In this document: piece by piece, positions 9,666 through 18,890 of the stretch
How the letters are laid out: the number at the start of each line of letters is the position of its first letter
Numbering within the stretch: the stretch's first letter is position 1
Made by a program: the position numbers and the translations under genes
The notes under the pieces: generated by a model
Database searches by the model: none
Told to the model about the DNA's origin: nothing
What the model saw: the letters and a program-made list of their open reading frames with translations, nothing else
Source: Rhodothermales bacterium
GTDB lineage: Bacteria; Bacteroidota; Rhodothermia; Rhodothermales; VXPQ01
Length of the DNA stretch: 64,000 nt
Direction: 5' to 3'
NCBI GenBank assembly: GCA_022821845.1
Contig: JAJECT010000019.1
Span: forward strand, 65,814 to 129,813

Positions 9666-10627
9666 GCTGCCGCCGCGTTTGCCCCGTGCTCCAGATACCA
9701 GGCGTAGGTCTTTGCAAACCCGTCCCGCAAGGATGTCCGGGCGCGCCAGCCAAGCGCATGCATCCGGGAAACATCCATGAGTTTGCGCGGGGTTCCGTCC
9801 GGCCGGGTCGTATCGTAGCGTATGGCGCTTTCGCTCCCGGTAACGTCCCGGATGATTTCCGCGAGTTCCGCAATGGAAATGTCCTCCCCCACGCCCACGT
9901 TGAGCATGCCGTCGGGGGCCGCTTCGTACAACGGCCCGGCAGGCGCATTCAACACGAATACGATGGCGTCCGCCAGGTCGTCTACGTACAGGAATTCCCG
10001 GCGAGGCGTCCCGGTCCCCCAGAGCGTCACGGGGGCGTCCGGCCCCTCGGAACGCTTCGCTTCGTGAAACCTGCGCAGCAAGGCGGCGGGCACATGGGAG
10101 GTTTCCGGATCGAAATTGTCGTTCGGGCCGTACAAGTTCGTGGGCATCAGCGTCACGAAATCGTCCCCGCATTGCCTTCGATAGGCCTCGCAGGTCCTGG
10201 CCCCGGCGATTTTCGCCACGGCGTACCATTGGTTCGTCGGCTCCAGCGGCCCGGTCAGCATGCACGCTTCGGGCATGGGCTGCGGCGCATGCTTCGGGTA
10301 AATGCACGAACTTCCCAGAAAAATCAGCCTTCGCACCCCGTATTCGTGCGCCGCCCGAATCACATTCGACTGAATAGCCACGTTGTCGGAGATGAAATCC
10401 GCCGGATACCGGTCGTTGGCCAGAATGCCCCCGACCACCGCCGCGGCAAGCACCACGAACCCCGGACGCTCCTCGTCGAAAAACGCATTGACCGCCGCCT
10501 GATCGAGCAAGTCGAGCTCGTCGCGCGTACGCAACAGCAATCGCCGACCGCCCTCGGCCTGGAGGCGGCGGACGACCGCCGAGCCCACCAGGCCGCGGTG
10601 GCCTGCGACGAAAACAGAAGATTCCAT
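9662..10627 (-). CDS. fcl: GDP-L-fucose synthase (GDP-4-keto-6-deoxymannose 3,5-epimerase/4-reductase)
   Basis: MESSVFVAGHRGLVGSAVVRRL...LGSSCIYPK...YAVAKIAG...MPTNLYGPNDNFD. The start is at 10627 (MESS) or 10642 (MSSND). Confidence 0.92.
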   Translation of the reverse strand: MESSVFVAGHRGLVGSAVVRRLQAEGGRRLLLRTRDELDLLDQAAVNAFFDEERPGFVVLAAAVVGGILANDRYPADFISDNVAIQSNVIRAAHEYGVRRLIFLGSSCIYPKHAPQPMPEACMLTGPLEPTNQWYAVAKIAGARTCEAYRRQCGDDFVTLMPTNLYGPNDNFDPETSHVPAALLRRFHEAKRSEGPDAPVTLWGTGTPRREFLYVDDLADAIVFVLNAPAGPLYEAAPDGMLNVGVGEDISIAELAEIIRDVTGSESAIRYDTTRPDGTPRKLMDVSRMHALGWRARTSLRDGFAKTYAWYLEHGANAAAA

Positions 10628-10833
10628 GTCGTTCGAAGACACGCTACAAAAAATGGATGGCGCCCGTAACCAGCGTATTCCGTTGGATATTCCGGCGCCC
10701 GGAACATCGTTCGGGGCAGGTATTATGCGCAGAAGCCCGACTTGCTCCCGGAAACCCGTAATAAAATGCGGAACCCCCGCAAGATACGGCGTTTCGATTC
10801 TTTTCCGATCATAGCCCTTTGTTTATCCGGATT

Positions 10834-11910
10834 ATGGTATACGCCGTCATCATGGCTGGCGGAATCGGCAGTCGATTCTGGCCGCAAAGCCGCGAAAGCA
10901 ACCCCAAGCAATTTCTGGCGATTCACGACGAAAACACGTTGATCCAGAACACCTTGTCCCGTTTGCAGGGCATCGTTCCGGACGAACAGGTCTTCGTCGT
11001 TACGCACCGCCGATATGTGGATCGGACCCGGGAACAGCTTCCTTCCGTCCCGGAGGAAAATATTCTGGTCGAGCCGGTCGGACGCAACACGGCGCCGTGC
11101 ATCGCGCTGGCGGCCCTCCAGTTGCTTGCGCGGGATCCCGACGCGGTCATGATCGCCTTGCCCGCGGACCATGTCGTCCGCAACGCGGGCCGGTTTCACA
11201 AGGCGCTCCAGGCCGCCGTCAGGAAGGCAGAGGAGAAAGACACGCTCGTTACGATCGGCATAGAACCCACCCACCCCGAAACAGGCTACGGCTACGTCCA
11301 ATACGACAGCCAGGCCGACCGGAACGGCGACGACATGGAAGCCTTGCCGGTGCGAACCTTTGCCGAGAAGCCCGACGCCGAAACCGCCGAACGCTTTCTG
11401 GATTCCGGCGATTTTCTCTGGAACAGCGGGATTTTCGTATGGCGCGCCGACGCAATCCTGCGCGCCGTGCAACGCCACTTGCCCAAAGTCTTTCGGGCCT
11501 TCAAGCCGGTGCGGAGCGCCCTGGGCGGCCCGCAGGAAACCGAAGCCATCGCGGAAGCCTACGCCAAAAGTCCTTCCATCTCGATCGACTACGGGGTCAT
11601 GGAGCGCGCGGAAAAGGTGTTCGTCGTGCCTGCTTCGTTCGGCTGGAGCGACGTCGGCGACTGGACGGCGGTGTACGCGCTGCGCAAGAAGGACAAACAG
11701 GGCAATACGCTCAAGGGGAACGCCATCCTGAACGATTCGAGCCGATGCCTGGTCGATGCGAACCAGCGGCTTGTCGTGCTGATCGGCATGCACGACACGG
11801 TGGTGGTCGATACCGAGGACGCGCTGCTCGTCTGCAACCGGGAAAGCGCCCAGCAGGTCAAGAACGTCGTGGATTACCTGCGGGCGCACCAACTGGAAGA
11901 GTATTTTTAA
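10834..11910 (+). CDS. manC: Mannose-1-phosphate guanylyltransferase
   Basis: MVYAVIMAGGIGSRFWPQSRESNPKQFL..., GYGYVQ, FAEKPD, FLWNSGIFVW, DYGVME, GWSDVGDW. It is divergent from fcl. Confidence 0.9.
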   Translation: MVYAVIMAGGIGSRFWPQSRESNPKQFLAIHDENTLIQNTLSRLQGIVPDEQVFVVTHRRYVDRTREQLPSVPEENILVEPVGRNTAPCIALAALQLLARDPDAVMIALPADHVVRNAGRFHKALQAAVRKAEEKDTLVTIGIEPTHPETGYGYVQYDSQADRNGDDMEALPVRTFAEKPDAETAERFLDSGDFLWNSGIFVWRADAILRAVQRHLPKVFRAFKPVRSALGGPQETEAIAEAYAKSPSISIDYGVMERAEKVFVVPASFGWSDVGDWTAVYALRKKDKQGNTLKGNAILNDSSRCLVDANQRLVVLIGMHDTVVVDTEDALLVCNRESAQQVKNVVDYLRAHQLEEYF

Positions 11911-12101
11911 GCCGGAGAGGGCAGAAAAAACCGTTTTCAGCGGATCTTTACTTTTTCTTCATCTTTTTCTGAATCCCATAGCGCAATCGGTACGTATTCT
12001 TTTCGGTTGGACTTGTTTTTTTGTCCTTACCTTTGTCCCGCCGCTCCCATTTTGATACGCTGGGCCGACCCGGCAGCGACCCGCCGAAACCCCTGTCCAC
12101 G

Positions 12102-13721
12102 ATGAGACGCTCCGTTCCGATCGCAAGCGCGCTGTTCGCCGCCGCGCTGTTCGCCGCCTTGGCGCTCGCCCCGCCCTCCGCCGCCCAAACCATGCTCCCG
12201 GACGCCGGGGAACCGAGGGAACCGCTCACATTGACGCTGGACGAGGCCCTCCAGATTGCGCTCGTCCGAAACTATGCGATACGGGTCGAACGCATGAACG
12301 TCGAACAGGCCTCCGCGCAGGTTCGCGAAGCCTGGGGAGACGCGTGGCCGCTGGTCGATCTGACCTCGAGCTACACGCGGAACCTGAAAAGCGCCAATCC
12401 CTTCGCAGGGTCGGAGGCGGGCGGATTGTTCAGTTCGTTCGGCTTCACCGACTGGCTGTCCTTCAACGAACGGGCGCGCACCGACGACGACGCGGCGACG
12501 GTTCCCATCGACTTCGACGAATTCTCGGATCGGCAAGAGGACGGACTGGACGCGATCGGGGTCGGTTTCGGGGGAGACGCGAACCCCTTCGCCGTCCCCA
12601 ACGAATTTCTGAACAGCGTCTCGGTAACCCAGAAGCTTTTTTCCGCCAGCCTTTTTGTTGGCATCCGGGGAAGCAAGTATTACAAGGACCTGACCGACGA
12701 AACCCTGAAACGGCAACGGCAACTCGTGCTCCACGAAGTGCGGCGGGCATTCTATCAAGCGCTGTTGTCGCTGAAACAGGCGGAGGTCGCGCACTTGAGC
12801 GTGGAGCGAACGCGGGCTACGCTCGACGAAACCGTGCAACGGGTAGCCCAGGGTCTGGCGCCGAAGTTCCAGCGCCTGACGGCGGAAGTCGAACTGGCCA
12901 ACCTCGAAACGGAACAGGTAGAAATCGCTGGCGCGGCAGCGCAAGCGCTGGACAACCTCAAGATGCAAATAGGAATCCCGGTGGAGCAACCGATCCGGCT
13001 CCGGGGCGACCTGGAAACGGAGGATCGGGGCCGTTTCCTGACCGTCTCGACGGAAAGCGCGGTAGACCTTGCGCTGCGACATCGACCGGACCTGGAACAG
13101 GCGCGCATCGCCGTCACGTTGCAACGGGTGAACCGCCGCCTGGCCCAAATGGAGTACATGCCGGCGGTCGACGCGGTGGCCAACATCAGTTACATCGGGC
13201 GAGTGCCGGATGATCGTACGCGGATTATTACGGAGGACCGGGACAATTTCACCTACCGCAGCGAATCCGTCGATTTCTTCTCGCAGAGCTACTGGAATCC
13301 TGCGGTCAGCGCAGGCCTTCGGCTCACCTGGAACATCTTCAACGGATTTCGGACCAGCGCCCAGGTGCAACAACGCAGCGTGGCCCTGCATCAGGCCGAA
13401 CTGCAATACGACCAGACCCTGCAACAGATTCGCATGGACGTGCAGGGCGCGTTGCGGGACCTGGACGCCGCGCAGCAACGCATTCTGGCGCAAGATCAGA
13501 ATGTCCGCCGCGCAGAGCTTAATTACGAATATGCGCGGGCGCGGCTCGCCGAAGGCGTGGCCTCCCCCGTCGAGGAGCGCACCGCGTCCGAGCAACTGGA
13601 CCAGAGCCGCCTCAACCGACTTCGCGCCCTGTACGACTATCTCGTAGCCCAGAGCGCGCTCGAAACGTCCCTCGGCATGACGCAATGGAACGCCGAGGAG
13701 CCCCGGCTTACGAACAAATAA
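12102..13721 (+). CDS. TolC-family outer-membrane efflux protein
   Basis: Start MRRSVPIASALFAAALFAALALAPPSAAQ (signal peptide). It shows the LTLDEALQIALVRNYAIR opening typical of OEP-family proteins and two coiled repeats. It is the first gene of a TolC-MFP-RND operon. Confidence 0.85.
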   Translation: MRRSVPIASALFAAALFAALALAPPSAAQTMLPDAGEPREPLTLTLDEALQIALVRNYAIRVERMNVEQASAQVREAWGDAWPLVDLTSSYTRNLKSANPFAGSEAGGLFSSFGFTDWLSFNERARTDDDAATVPIDFDEFSDRQEDGLDAIGVGFGGDANPFAVPNEFLNSVSVTQKLFSASLFVGIRGSKYYKDLTDETLKRQRQLVLHEVRRAFYQALLSLKQAEVAHLSVERTRATLDETVQRVAQGLAPKFQRLTAEVELANLETEQVEIAGAAAQALDNLKMQIGIPVEQPIRLRGDLETEDRGRFLTVSTESAVDLALRHRPDLEQARIAVTLQRVNRRLAQMEYMPAVDAVANISYIGRVPDDRTRIITEDRDNFTYRSESVDFFSQSYWNPAVSAGLRLTWNIFNGFRTSAQVQQRSVALHQAELQYDQTLQQIRMDVQGALRDLDAAQQRILAQDQNVRRAELNYEYARARLAEGVASPVEERTASEQLDQSRLNRLRALYDYLVAQSALETSLGMTQWNAEEPRLTNK

Positions 13722-13769
13722 CCCTTTCCCTTTTTGGCGTACCTCATGCTTTTCGAAGATCGACTCCGG

Positions 13770-14951
13770 ATGCGTAGCCGTCGCAGCCTTGCGCGAAATA
13801 TCCTTGTGGCCGGACTGCTTCCGCTTTGCGCCGCTGCGCTTTTTGCCGGGTGCGGAACCGAACCGCCGAACGGCGCCCGCAGCGCGCCCGCCGACATGGA
13901 CGACGCGCAGGTTATCCAGGTCGAAACCCTGGTGCTCGAGACCACCGTATTTCAGGACGTTATCCAGCTGACCGGGGCGGTCGAGGCCTTCGACGACGCC
14001 CGCCTTTCGGCGCAAACAAGCGGCACGGTTATCGCCATCGAACCCCTTGGCGCCTTCGTCCGCAACGAGGGAGCCGTCGCGCAAATCAATCCTTCGGTGT
14101 CGGAAGCCGCCGTTTCGCAGGCCAGCGCCATCGTCGAGGCCGCCGACGCGCAGTTCGGGCTGGCGCGAGAGAACCTGACCCGCAACGAACCGCTTTTCGC
14201 CGATTCGGTGATCAGCGCCATCGAGTGGGAAAGCGTACAGGCGCAATACAATCAGGCGAAGGCGAACCTTGCGCAAGCCGAAGCCGCGCTTGACCAGGCC
14301 CGCACGACGCTGTCGCAAACCCGCGTGGAGGCGCCCTTCTCCGGTACGGTCGAGGAGCACTTCGTGGAGCCCGGCGAGCAAGTTACGCCCGGCATGGCGG
14401 TGGCCCGCCTTATCAATACGCGCCGCGTCAAGGTCGTTTCGGGCGTACCCGAACGGTACGCCGCGGATATTGTGCGCGGGACGCCCGTTCGCATCGGTTT
14501 CGAAGCGTACCGGGGCGACCGCATCGACGGGCAAGTTGCGTTCGTCGGACGCGCCGTCGATCCGCTCAACCGCACCTTCCCGATCGAAATCGTCATCAAC
14601 AATCCGGACGGGACCGTCAAGCCGGAAATGGTGGCGCGCGTGGAGGTGACGCGCGAAATTATCGAGAATGCGCTGGTGGTGCCGCGCGCCGCGGTCATCC
14701 GCACCGAAAACGGACACATCGCCTACCTGGTCGAAACGAGGGACGGCGCGCCGACCGCCGTACAACGCAATGTCATACCGGGGCCGGACTTCGGAGCCTA
14801 TGTCGTGGCGACGAACCTGGCGCCGGGCGACGAAGTGATCGTGCTCGGACAATCGAAGGTGATCGACGGGGACCGGGTCGAAATAGCCATGCGCCACGCC
14901 GCGTCCGGGACAATGTCCCCGGAACAGCCGGAAATTCCGACGGACGGATAA
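13770..14951 (+). CDS. Efflux RND periplasmic adaptor (membrane fusion protein), lipoprotein
   Basis: MRSRRSLARNILVAGLLPLCAAALFAGC (lipobox). Also has a coiled-coil hairpin, APFSGTVEEHFVEPGEQV (lipoyl-like half) and the beta-barrel domain RIDGQVAFVGRAVDPLNRTFPIEI. Confidence 0.85.
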   Translation: MRSRRSLARNILVAGLLPLCAAALFAGCGTEPPNGARSAPADMDDAQVIQVETLVLETTVFQDVIQLTGAVEAFDDARLSAQTSGTVIAIEPLGAFVRNEGAVAQINPSVSEAAVSQASAIVEAADAQFGLARENLTRNEPLFADSVISAIEWESVQAQYNQAKANLAQAEAALDQARTTLSQTRVEAPFSGTVEEHFVEPGEQVTPGMAVARLINTRRVKVVSGVPERYAADIVRGTPVRIGFEAYRGDRIDGQVAFVGRAVDPLNRTFPIEIVINNPDGTVKPEMVARVEVTREIIENALVVPRAAVIRTENGHIAYLVETRDGAPTAVQRNVIPGPDFGAYVVATNLAPGDEVIVLGQSKVIDGDRVEIAMRHAASGTMSPEQPEIPTDG

Positions 14952-15011
14952 ACGCCCCCCTTGCGCCTGGCCGCCCGGCCGGAGACCTCCACTCTGTTAC
15001 CCTGCCGCGTT

Positions 15012-18000
15012 ATGAAAATCACCGACGTCTCGATCAAGTATCGCACAAGCATTGTCGTCCTGACAGCGATACTCGCCATAGGCGGGCTGTATAGCTACAG
15101 AACCATTCCGAAGGAATCCAACCCCTCCATCGAGATACCGCAAATCGTCGTTACCCTGTTGTATCCCGGCGCAAGCCCCGACGACGTGGAATCCCTGATC
15201 ACGCAGCCCGTCGAACGGGAAATACAGGCCATCAACGGCATAAAGGAGATTCGTTCCACGTCTGTGCAAGGCGTATCGACCATCGTCGTGGAGTTCGAAC
15301 CGGACATTTCCATAGACGACGCCTACCAGAAGGTGCGCGACAAGGTGGACGTAGCCCGGCCTTCCCTGCCCGGCGAAGTCGAGGAACCTATCGTGAGCGA
15401 AATCGACTTCTCGGAATTTCCCATCATGACCGTCAACCTGGCGGCGAATTATTCGCTGTCGCAGCTCAAGGAGGTGGCGGAAGAGCTGGAAGAAGAGATT
15501 GAGACGGTGCAAGGCGTGCTGGAGGTGGACGTAATAGGCGGCCTGGAGCGCGAAGTGCAAATCGACGTGGACCTGAATGCGCTCCAGGGATACAACCTGG
15601 CGTTCATGGATATCGTGGACGCCATTCGCGCGGAAAACACGAACATGCCGGGCGGCTCCGTGGACGTGGACCGCCTGAACTACCTGGTCCGCGTGGACGG
15701 CGCCTTCGACGTTCCCGACGAAATAGAAAACATCGTGATCGAGGCGCCGGGCGGGCAGCCGGTCTACGTACGCGACGTGGCCCGCGTCGATTTCGGCTAC
15801 AAGGACCGATCGACGTACGCCCGCCTGCAGCGCTTCCGCACCGAAACGGAGGACGGCGAACTTGTGCGGACGGACGACCAGGATATTCTGCAAGTCATCA
15901 GCCTGAACGTCAAGAAACGATCCGGCGAAAACATCATCCTCACGGCGCGCGCCGTGCAGGAAAAGGTGGACGCTTTCGCCTTCCCGCACGGCACCCGCAT
16001 CCTCGTCACCGGCGACCAGAGCGAGGATGTGCAGAACATGATCGACGACCTCGAGAACAACATCATTAGCGGACTCATTTTCGTGGTGGCGGTGCTCTTG
16101 TTCTTTCTCGGGGTGCGCACGGCCACGCTGGTCGGCGTCGCCATTCCCCTGTCGATGTTTCTCTCGTTCATCATTTTCCAGGCGTTCGGCTACACGCTGA
16201 ACTTCATTATCCTGTTCAGCCTGATCATCGCCCTCGGCATGCTGGTGGACAACGCCGTGGTCATCGTGGAAAATATCTATCGATACCGGGAGATGGGATA
16301 TTCCCGGTTCGAGGCGGCGCGGCGCGGCACCGCCGAAGTGGGCGGACCGGTCGTCGCCTCCACGGCCACCACGGTGGCGGCGTTCGCGCCCATGCTCTTC
16401 TGGCCGGGCATCATCGGGGAATTCATGCGCAACATGCCGCTTACGCTCATTGTTACGCTGTCCGCCTCGCTCTTCGTAGCGCTGATCATCAACCCGGTCA
16501 TCACGGGCATTTTCGTGCGGCTCGAATCGGAAGAACGCACCAGGATGCGCGGGGCCGCGCGCATCGCCCGGGTCCTGATTTTCGTCCTGATTGCGGTGTT
16601 GATGGGGCTGGCCAACTACCGAATGCTGGTGGTACTGGTCGTCGCCATCCCCGCGCTGATCTGGATTCACAAGAAATTCTTCAAGCCGGTCGGGGATTAT
16701 TTCGTGGAAACGTTGTTGCCGCGCACCGTAACCATGTACCGGTCGCTCCTTGCCTGGATGCTTCAGCGCGATTACAGCGTCCGCCGGGCATGGTTGCGCA
16801 ACACCGGCGCGCTGGCTTCCCTGACCATCGGATTCGTGCTGCTGATCGGCGGCGGGCTGCTTTCGGGCGTGGGGCCGCCTGTAGCGGGCGGCATGTCGGG
16901 GGCGGGCCTGCTCCTCGTCGTACCGGGCTTCCTCCTCTTTTTGCTGGGCGTGCTGGGCGTCCTGCTGCACTGCGCCGAAAGCCTCTACCTTGGCGGCTGG
17001 AAAACCGTTCGCGCAGGCCTCGCGTTCGGCGGCGCCATGCTGGCGATCCTGTCTCTCATCTGGCTGGGACCGCAGGAAATTCCCTTCTTCGTCCTTGTCA
17101 ATCTGATGGGATTGCCCGCCGCGATTTGCGCGCTGGGCCTGCTTGGCGCCCTCCTCAACCGGCGCAAACGGACGACGCTCATCCTGACGGACAACCGGGC
17201 GCGTTTGCTGACCGGCGCCATGGGAGCCTTGATCAGTATCATAATGGTGTTTCAGACGGCGCCCACCGGCGTGGAGTTCTTCCCGGAAAACGACCCCCGC
17301 CAGGTATGGGTCACGCTCGAAGGCGCGCTGGGCACCAATGTGGACGCCAGCGACAACATAGCGACCACGGCGCACGACCGCATTCTGAACCTGCTGAGCA
17401 ACGCGCCCGAATCGGAAGCGAACCTGAAAAGCGTACTGGTGAACGTCGGCGTAGGCGGCGACGTCATGTTCGGGGGCGGATCGGAAAGCGCGGAAGTATC
17501 CCGCGTCACCCTGAACCTGGCGGATTATGCGGACCGCAAGGAACCGAGCCCGGAAACCTTGTCCAAAATCCGGGCGCGATTGCAAGGCATTCCCGGAACG
17601 GACATTACCGTGGAGCAAAGCCAGCTGGGCCCCCCGACCGGCTTGCCCGTAAATATTGAAATTTCCGGGGAAGAATTCGCCACGATCCGCCGGATTACCC
17701 GCGACGTGCGCCAGATGCTGACGGAAGGCGCGGAAAACGGCGACATTCCGGGCCTGGTGGACGTCGCGGACGACCTGAACGAGGGCCGCCCGGAAATGCA
17801 CGTGGAGATCGACCGCGAACGGGCGGGGCGCTTCGGATTGAACACAAACCAGATCGCCACCACGATCCGCGCCGCCATCAACGGCGTCGAAGCCGGTAAA
17901 TTCCGCACGGGCGAGGACGAATACGACATCACCATACGGCTCCGGGAGGCGGATCGGTCCAGCCTCGAAAGCATCAAAAACCTTACGGTCCTGCACGAAG

Positions 18001-18860
18001 GCGCCCAGATTCCTGTAACCGCCGTGGCGGATTTCGACGTGGGGAGCGGCCTCGGGTCCGTCACGCGCCTAGATTTGCAGCGCGTTTCGACAGTTACGGG
18101 GAGCGCCGCGCCCGGCGTGCCCGGCCCCCAGGTACTTTCCAACGTGCAAACATACCTGGCCGACTACGAAGCGAACCTGCCGCCCGGATACGTCATGACC
18201 TACACCGGCGAAAGCGAAGACCAGGAAGAATCCTTTGCCTTCCTGACCACCGTGCTGCTGATTGCGGTGTCGCTCATTTTCATGATCATGGTGGCCCAGT
18301 TCAATAAAGTGACGGCGCCCTTCATCATCATGCTGGCCGTAGGATTTTCGCTGATCGGCGTACTCCTGGGCCTCATCCTTACGCGCACGCCGTTCGGACT
18401 CTTCACGTTCATTGGCATTATTTCGCTGGCGGGCATTGTGGTGAACAACAATATCGTGCTGATCGATTACATCATGCAGCTGCGGGACCGGGGCATGGAA
18501 AAACACGCCGCCATCATCGAAGGCGGCGCCACGCGCTTGCGCCCGGTGCTCCTGACGGCGCTCACGACGGTGCTCGGCCTCATTCCGCTCACGTTCGGCA
18601 TCAACATAGACTTCGTAGGCCTGTTGACGGAGTGGCGGCCCAATTTCCAGCTCGGCTCCGAAAACACGCAGTTCTGGGGTCCGATGGGCACGGCCATCAT
18701 TAGCGGGCTGGCGTTCGCCACCTTCCTGACGCTGGTCATCGTGCCTGTGATGTATTCGACGTTCGATTCGCTTGCGAACCGGTTGCGAAGCCTTGTCGGA
18801 CGCAAAAAGGACGCCGCCGCGGGCGACGAACCCGAAGAAACAGGCCCGGCCGACCGGTAG
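15012..18860 (+). CDS. RND efflux pump permease (AcrB/HAE1-like), unusually long at 1282 aa, with a hydrophobic insertion in the central loop
   Basis: MKITDVSIKYRTSIVVLTAILAIGGLYSY..., ALGMLVDNAVVIVENI, GIISLAGIVVNNNIVLIDY. Extra hydrophobic segments lie between FVRLESEERTRMRG and FFPENDPRQVW. Confidence 0.9.
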   Translation: MKITDVSIKYRTSIVVLTAILAIGGLYSYRTIPKESNPSIEIPQIVVTLLYPGASPDDVESLITQPVEREIQAINGIKEIRSTSVQGVSTIVVEFEPDISIDDAYQKVRDKVDVARPSLPGEVEEPIVSEIDFSEFPIMTVNLAANYSLSQLKEVAEELEEEIETVQGVLEVDVIGGLEREVQIDVDLNALQGYNLAFMDIVDAIRAENTNMPGGSVDVDRLNYLVRVDGAFDVPDEIENIVIEAPGGQPVYVRDVARVDFGYKDRSTYARLQRFRTETEDGELVRTDDQDILQVISLNVKKRSGENIILTARAVQEKVDAFAFPHGTRILVTGDQSEDVQNMIDDLENNIISGLIFVVAVLLFFLGVRTATLVGVAIPLSMFLSFIIFQAFGYTLNFIILFSLIIALGMLVDNAVVIVENIYRYREMGYSRFEAARRGTAEVGGPVVASTATTVAAFAPMLFWPGIIGEFMRNMPLTLIVTLSASLFVALIINPVITGIFVRLESEERTRMRGAARIARVLIFVLIAVLMGLANYRMLVVLVVAIPALIWIHKKFFKPVGDYFVETLLPRTVTMYRSLLAWMLQRDYSVRRAWLRNTGALASLTIGFVLLIGGGLLSGVGPPVAGGMSGAGLLLVVPGFLLFLLGVLGVLLHCAESLYLGGWKTVRAGLAFGGAMLAILSLIWLGPQEIPFFVLVNLMGLPAAICALGLLGALLNRRKRTTLILTDNRARLLTGAMGALISIIMVFQTAPTGVEFFPENDPRQVWVTLEGALGTNVDASDNIATTAHDRILNLLSNAPESEANLKSVLVNVGVGGDVMFGGGSESAEVSRVTLNLADYADRKEPSPETLSKIRARLQGIPGTDITVEQSQLGPPTGLPVNIEISGEEFATIRRITRDVRQMLTEGAENGDIPGLVDVADDLNEGRPEMHVEIDRERAGRFGLNTNQIATTIRAAINGVEAGKFRTGEDEYDITIRLREADRSSLESIKNLTVLHEGAQIPVTAVADFDVGSGLGSVTRLDLQRVSTVTGSAAPGVPGPQVLSNVQTYLADYEANLPPGYVMTYTGESEDQEESFAFLTTVLLIAVSLIFMIMVAQFNKVTAPFIIMLAVGFSLIGVLLGLILTRTPFGLFTFIGIISLAGIVVNNNIVLIDYIMQLRDRGMEKHAAIIEGGATRLRPVLLTALTTVLGLIPLTFGINIDFVGLLTEWRPNFQLGSENTQFWGPMGTAIISGLAFATFLTLVIVPVMYSTFDSLANRLRSLVGRKKDAAAGDEPEETGPADR

Positions 18861-18890
18861 CGTACGCCCCGAAGCAGCCGGTAGCGAGAC

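Noticed and set aside
12027-17996. Very long minus-strand ORFs 12027..14897 (956 aa) and 14997..17996 (999 aa) opposite the efflux operon
   Set aside because: Their composition is dominated by R, G, A, P, D and H with no motifs. The plus strand encodes textbook TolC, MFP and RND proteins.
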